DNA of 57,976 nt from Bacteroidota bacterium (GTDB lineage Bacteria > Bacteroidota > Rhodothermia > Rhodothermales > JABDKH01): contig JAGQWL010000143.1 in the NCBI GenBank assembly GCA_020437385.1, forward strand, positions 1 through 57,976, given 5' to 3'. Of the stretch, positions 55,224 through 57,976 are shown piece by piece (position 1 is the first letter of the stretch; each line of letters opens with the position of its first letter). The notes beneath the pieces are model-generated. The model was given only the letters and a program-made list of their open reading frames with translations, searched no databases and had not been told where the DNA came from. The translations under genes and the position numbers were made by a program.

Positions 55224-55727
55224 ATGTACGAAGTCGCCGCAGCAGGTAAGGTCTTTCAGATTTCAGTCGAAGACGGCACTGTCCAGGTTGCCGGCAGCGA
55301 GAAGACGGTCGACTACCTGTTGGGCGCTGACGACTCCGGACACCTTCTCATCGACGGTCGAAGCGTCGAGTTTGCAGTAGTCGCCGTCGAAGGTGGTACG
55401 TGGAGCGTTTCACTCGACGGCCGAACCTATGACGTCGGCGTCAAGTCTCGGAAAGAGCAGCTCCTGGAAAAATTCGGTGGGGCAGCAGGTGGAACGTCGC
55501 GGCATCGTGACATCAAGGCGCCCATGCCCGGGCTCGTGCTTCGGCTTGAGGTCGAGGAGGGCCAATCGGTCAAAGCAGGAGAACCGCTCCTCGTTCTGGA
55601 GGCGATGAAGATGGAGAACGAGCTCACGGCTCCGTCTGACGGCGTTGTCGAGGCCATCCACGTCAGCGCCGGAGACGCTGTCAGCAAGAATGCCCTTCTG
55701 ATCGAGATCGGATCGGACCATTCATGA
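55224..55727 (+). CDS. Biotin-requiring (biotinyl/lipoyl attachment) domain protein, BCCP-like
   Basis: The C-terminal ~70 aa read IKAPMPGLVLRLEVEEGQSVKAGEPLLVLEAMKMENELTAPSDGVV, which contains the EAMKM biotinylation motif. No carboxylase or decarboxylase partner is adjacent. Confidence 0.88.
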   Translation: MYEVAAAGKVFQISVEDGTVQVAGSEKTVDYLLGADDSGHLLIDGRSVEFAVVAVEGGTWSVSLDGRTYDVGVKSRKEQLLEKFGGAAGGTSRHRDIKAPMPGLVLRLEVEEGQSVKAGEPLLVLEAMKMENELTAPSDGVVEAIHVSAGDAVSKNALLIEIGSDHS

Positions 55728-56710
55728 CGACACTTGTCACCGGCGCCACCGGCCTCGTAGGATCACGAGTAGTGGCGCATCTCGTCGCGGCCGGTCAACG
55801 CGTCCGAATTCTTCGTCGGGCAGCGTCCAGCCTCGATCTACTCGGGTCGAACAGCGAAAAAGTGGAGCACGCAGTTGGCGACATTACGGAGGCGGATTCT
55901 ATCGAGGCGGCGTTCGCCGGAGTCGATCGGGTATTCCACATCGCGGCATCGCTCGCGGACCAGAGCGGCGCCGATCGACGTTTCCTGCACAGGGTCAACG
56001 TCGCCGGCACAGCGAACGTAGTCAACGCGTGTCTCCACGCCGGAGTCGGCCGATTGGTACAAACGTCGAGCATGGCCGCCTTTGGGCGCGGCTTCGATCA
56101 CAACAGAGCCATAGACGAAACAGCCGATTGGGAGGCATCGTCATCCAATTCGGACTACGCCTGGTCAAAACACCTCGCGGAGCTCGAGGTCTTTCGCGGT
56201 ATCGGAGAGGGCCTGTCGGCGGTAATCGTAAATCCGTCGCTCATCTTCGGCGTCGGCCGAACAACGGAGAACACGCGACGAATCATCGAATCCGTCCGCC
56301 GGCGGCGCGTTCCGGCAATCCCATCGGGCGGAACGAATGTGGTCGACGTTGAGGACGTTGCGATCGGGCATCTCCGGGCCATGGAAACGGGCGTCATTGG
56401 CGAGCGGTATTTCCTGGGCTCTCAGAACCTCTCGTGGAAGGAGATCATCGAGACAATCGCGTCTGCGTTCAATGTGAAGCCGCCAAAGCGAATCGTGCGC
56501 CCCGCCGTCGCGTACGCAATCGCCGTTGCGTCCGAGGCGATCGGCCTCGTGCCGGGTATAAGACCACTCATCACACGGGAGCGCGCCCGATACACCGCTG
56601 CGACCTTCACCTATGACAACTCCAAGGCGCGCGCTGAACTTGGAATGCAGTTCCGGTCGTTTCGCGAGACAATGACTCGAATCGCTGCCGAGCTGTCGGT
56701 CGCCGGATGA
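55724..56710 (+). CDS. NAD(P)-dependent epimerase/dehydratase-family SDR (extended SDR)
   Basis: It has a Rossmann motif (LVTGATGLVGSRVV) and a catalytic YxxxK (YAWSK). Its start overlaps the upstream stop in an ATGA arrangement. Confidence 0.9.
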   Translation: MTTLVTGATGLVGSRVVAHLVAAGQRVRILRRAASSLDLLGSNSEKVEHAVGDITEADSIEAAFAGVDRVFHIAASLADQSGADRRFLHRVNVAGTANVVNACLHAGVGRLVQTSSMAAFGRGFDHNRAIDETADWEASSSNSDYAWSKHLAELEVFRGIGEGLSAVIVNPSLIFGVGRTTENTRRIIESVRRRRVPAIPSGGTNVVDVEDVAIGHLRAMETGVIGERYFLGSQNLSWKEIIETIASAFNVKPPKRIVRPAVAYAIAVASEAIGLVPGIRPLITRERARYTAATFTYDNSKARAELGMQFRSFRETMTRIAAELSVAG

Positions 56711-56719
56711 CCCCGCCGA

Positions 56720-57976
56720 TTAGAAGTGCCGGGTGGCCCGGACGAAATAAGAACGACCGGGTTCATTCATGCTGCTGGCATCGGGATTGAACAGAGACGT
56801 GTGATACCGAAAAGTCGCATCGTTCAGATTGGTCGAGCCAATTGCCCAGGAAATGCCGCGGATCCGAAAACCGATCGCCAGATCTATCCAGAGTGCCGAT
56901 GACGTTGGCGTTTCGAATCCTGGGCCCGCAGCCGGAAGACCTGCGATGACGTTGAACTCAGGTCGTACGTACACTGCACCTCCCGGAGTGTGCAGTGTCG
57001 GCACGAGTGCAATCTGAGGAGAAACCAGTCCGACGAGCCTTCTTCCCGATCCGTCTTCGCCGTAAGACCAGTGTGCGCTTCCCTGCAGATCAAGGAATGG
57101 CGACTGCTGCAGAAAAGCCTCGACGGCGACAAAGGCTCCGAGGCCGCCGGAATCAAAAACCGCGACGGGTGTTTCTTCGGCATCCGAAATCGAAAGATAG
57201 CCACTTAGTTCTGCAATGGATGCCGTAGCCGACACCGTCGATCGGGCCGTCGACCGCGAGAGACTCCCCTCGACCGCATTCACGCGAGAAGGTCGGTAAC
57301 CGAGGACAAGGGGCGTCAGCAGCTGCCCTACCGTAAAGAAACGCCGTGGCGAAGAGACGGCTTCTATTCCGGAGGTCGACGACAGCATCAACGATGCACT
57401 GATTGGCGCCGACAGTGCGGCGCTGAATCCAAGCTGCGCCGAAACGAATCCCGTACTGACAACCGGGGACGATCGGATAAACTCGTACGAGGCTAGCGCC
57501 GAAATCGTGACGGGGCGCAGCGAAGCCGTGAGTCGATACGAAGTCGCCGACCGATCAATCGTCAGGTTGTCTTCAGAGCCGGCGTCCACCCGGTCGGTCC
57601 TCGGCAGCGACAGTCTCGAAAGTGTTGTCGACAAAGTCCCCGTCGAGCTTCCACTCAAGACATGTGAAACTTCCGCAGAAAGATCGACACGTTTGAGTCT
57701 GGAGCGGAGGGAACCAGGTAGTGACAGATCGACACTTGCGCGATCGAGGAGCTGTTCGCCCGACGCACCAACCATCACGCGCGAGATGAAGGCATCTGGG
57801 CGACGAAGTCGATACCCGACAAAGCCTCGCCCGGCGTTCGAACCATCAACCAGGAACGCTCCCTGAGCGACTGCAGAGCGAAGGTGAGTACCGCCGACAA
57901 CGGCCACAACATCAGAGTAGGGAGTCAGACGCAGTGACAACTCACCTGATCCACCGAATTGCTCGATCGCATTTTC
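56720..57976 (-). CDS. TonB-dependent receptor / outer-membrane beta-barrel, 5' end truncated by the window edge
   Basis: The frame stays open to position 57976 (ENAIEQFGGSGELSLRL...), so the track 'M' at 57940 is an internal TTG. The C-terminus GSTNLNDATFRYH...EPGRSYFVRATRHF is a typical TonB-dependent-receptor ending with a terminal Phe. Confidence 0.65.
   Translation of the reverse strand, partial: ENAIEQFGGSGELSLRLTPYSDVVAVVGGTHLRSAVAQGAFLVDGSNAGRGFVGYRLRRPDAFISRVMVGASGEQLLDRASVDLSLPGSLRSRLKRVDLSAEVSHVLSGSSTGTLSTTLSRLSLPRTDRVDAGSEDNLTIDRSATSYRLTASLRPVTISALASYEFIRSSPVVSTGFVSAQLGFSAALSAPISASLMLSSTSGIEAVSSPRRFFTVGQLLTPLVLGYRPSRVNAVEGSLSRSTARSTVSATASIAELSGYLSISDAEETPVAVFDSGGLGAFVAVEAFLQQSPFLDLQGSAHWSYGEDGSGRRLVGLVSPQIALVPTLHTPGGAVYVRPEFNVIAGLPAAGPGFETPTSSALWIDLAIGFRIRGISWAIGSTNLNDATFRYHTSLFNPDASSMNEPGRSYFVRATRHF

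Noticed and set aside
1-57976. Search for CRISPR arrays, IS elements or transposases, prophage or integrative-element borders at tRNA-Gln, and toxin-antitoxin pairs
   Set aside because: I found no spacer-repeat architecture, no transposase-like ORF, and no duplicated tRNA 3' segment. The only recombinase-family gene (16199..17143) has no flanking inverted or direct repeats or cargo genes.

Overview
This is a roughly 58 kb, high-GC (about 60%), tightly packed bacterial chromosomal segment. The gene content suggests an FCB-group organism (Bacteroidota/Rhodothermota-like). Supporting this are a PorQ/PorV-like T9SS barrel, a CarboxypepD_reg TonB-dependent receptor paired with a DUF4249-like lipoprotein, a 1150-aa SecA, a histone H1-like protein, and many starts without a clear Shine-Dalgarno sequence. 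I call about 50 CDS, one tRNA-Gln(UUG), three rho-independent terminators and three tandem-repeat arrays. I see no CRISPR array, IS element or prophage. Most genes are housekeeping: recN, secA, an E2 acyltransferase, hppA, pth, rplY, prs, pyrR-pyrB, xth, a pabB-pabC fusion, nifU-like plus mrp, ppx, prmA, ubiE, pfkA and aat. Both window edges cut genes on the minus strand (1..2567 and 56720..57976). The ORF track omits both because they are open-ended. The best candidate for an undescribed system is a five-gene minus-strand operon at 37012..42117. It encodes an esterase, an ATP-grasp ligase, a second (permuted/GSP-synthetase-like) ATP-grasp-type ligase, a stand-alone class-I glutamine amidotransferase/C26-like protein, and another esterase. 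It looks like a make-and-break system for an unknown amide-linked small molecule or peptide. Other points of interest, in window order: (1) an Xer-like tyrosine recombinase in which both catalytic arginines appear substituted; (2) two intergenic tandem-repeat arrays with a shared TCGATTCYTT core, each at a similar distance upstream of a minus-strand gene; (3) an HsdR_N nuclease-fold gene translationally coupled to pyrR-pyrB; (4) a membrane-anchored protein built from four ~135-aa repeats of unknown family; (5) a sigma-less partner-switching module (membrane GAF-PP2C phosphatase, STAS antagonist, RsbW-like kinase) whose kinase carries a ~90-aa Ser/Lys-rich basic tail; and (6) a sulfotransferase paired with an exostosin-like gene. 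All family assignments come from motif recognition by eye, and no database search was run.
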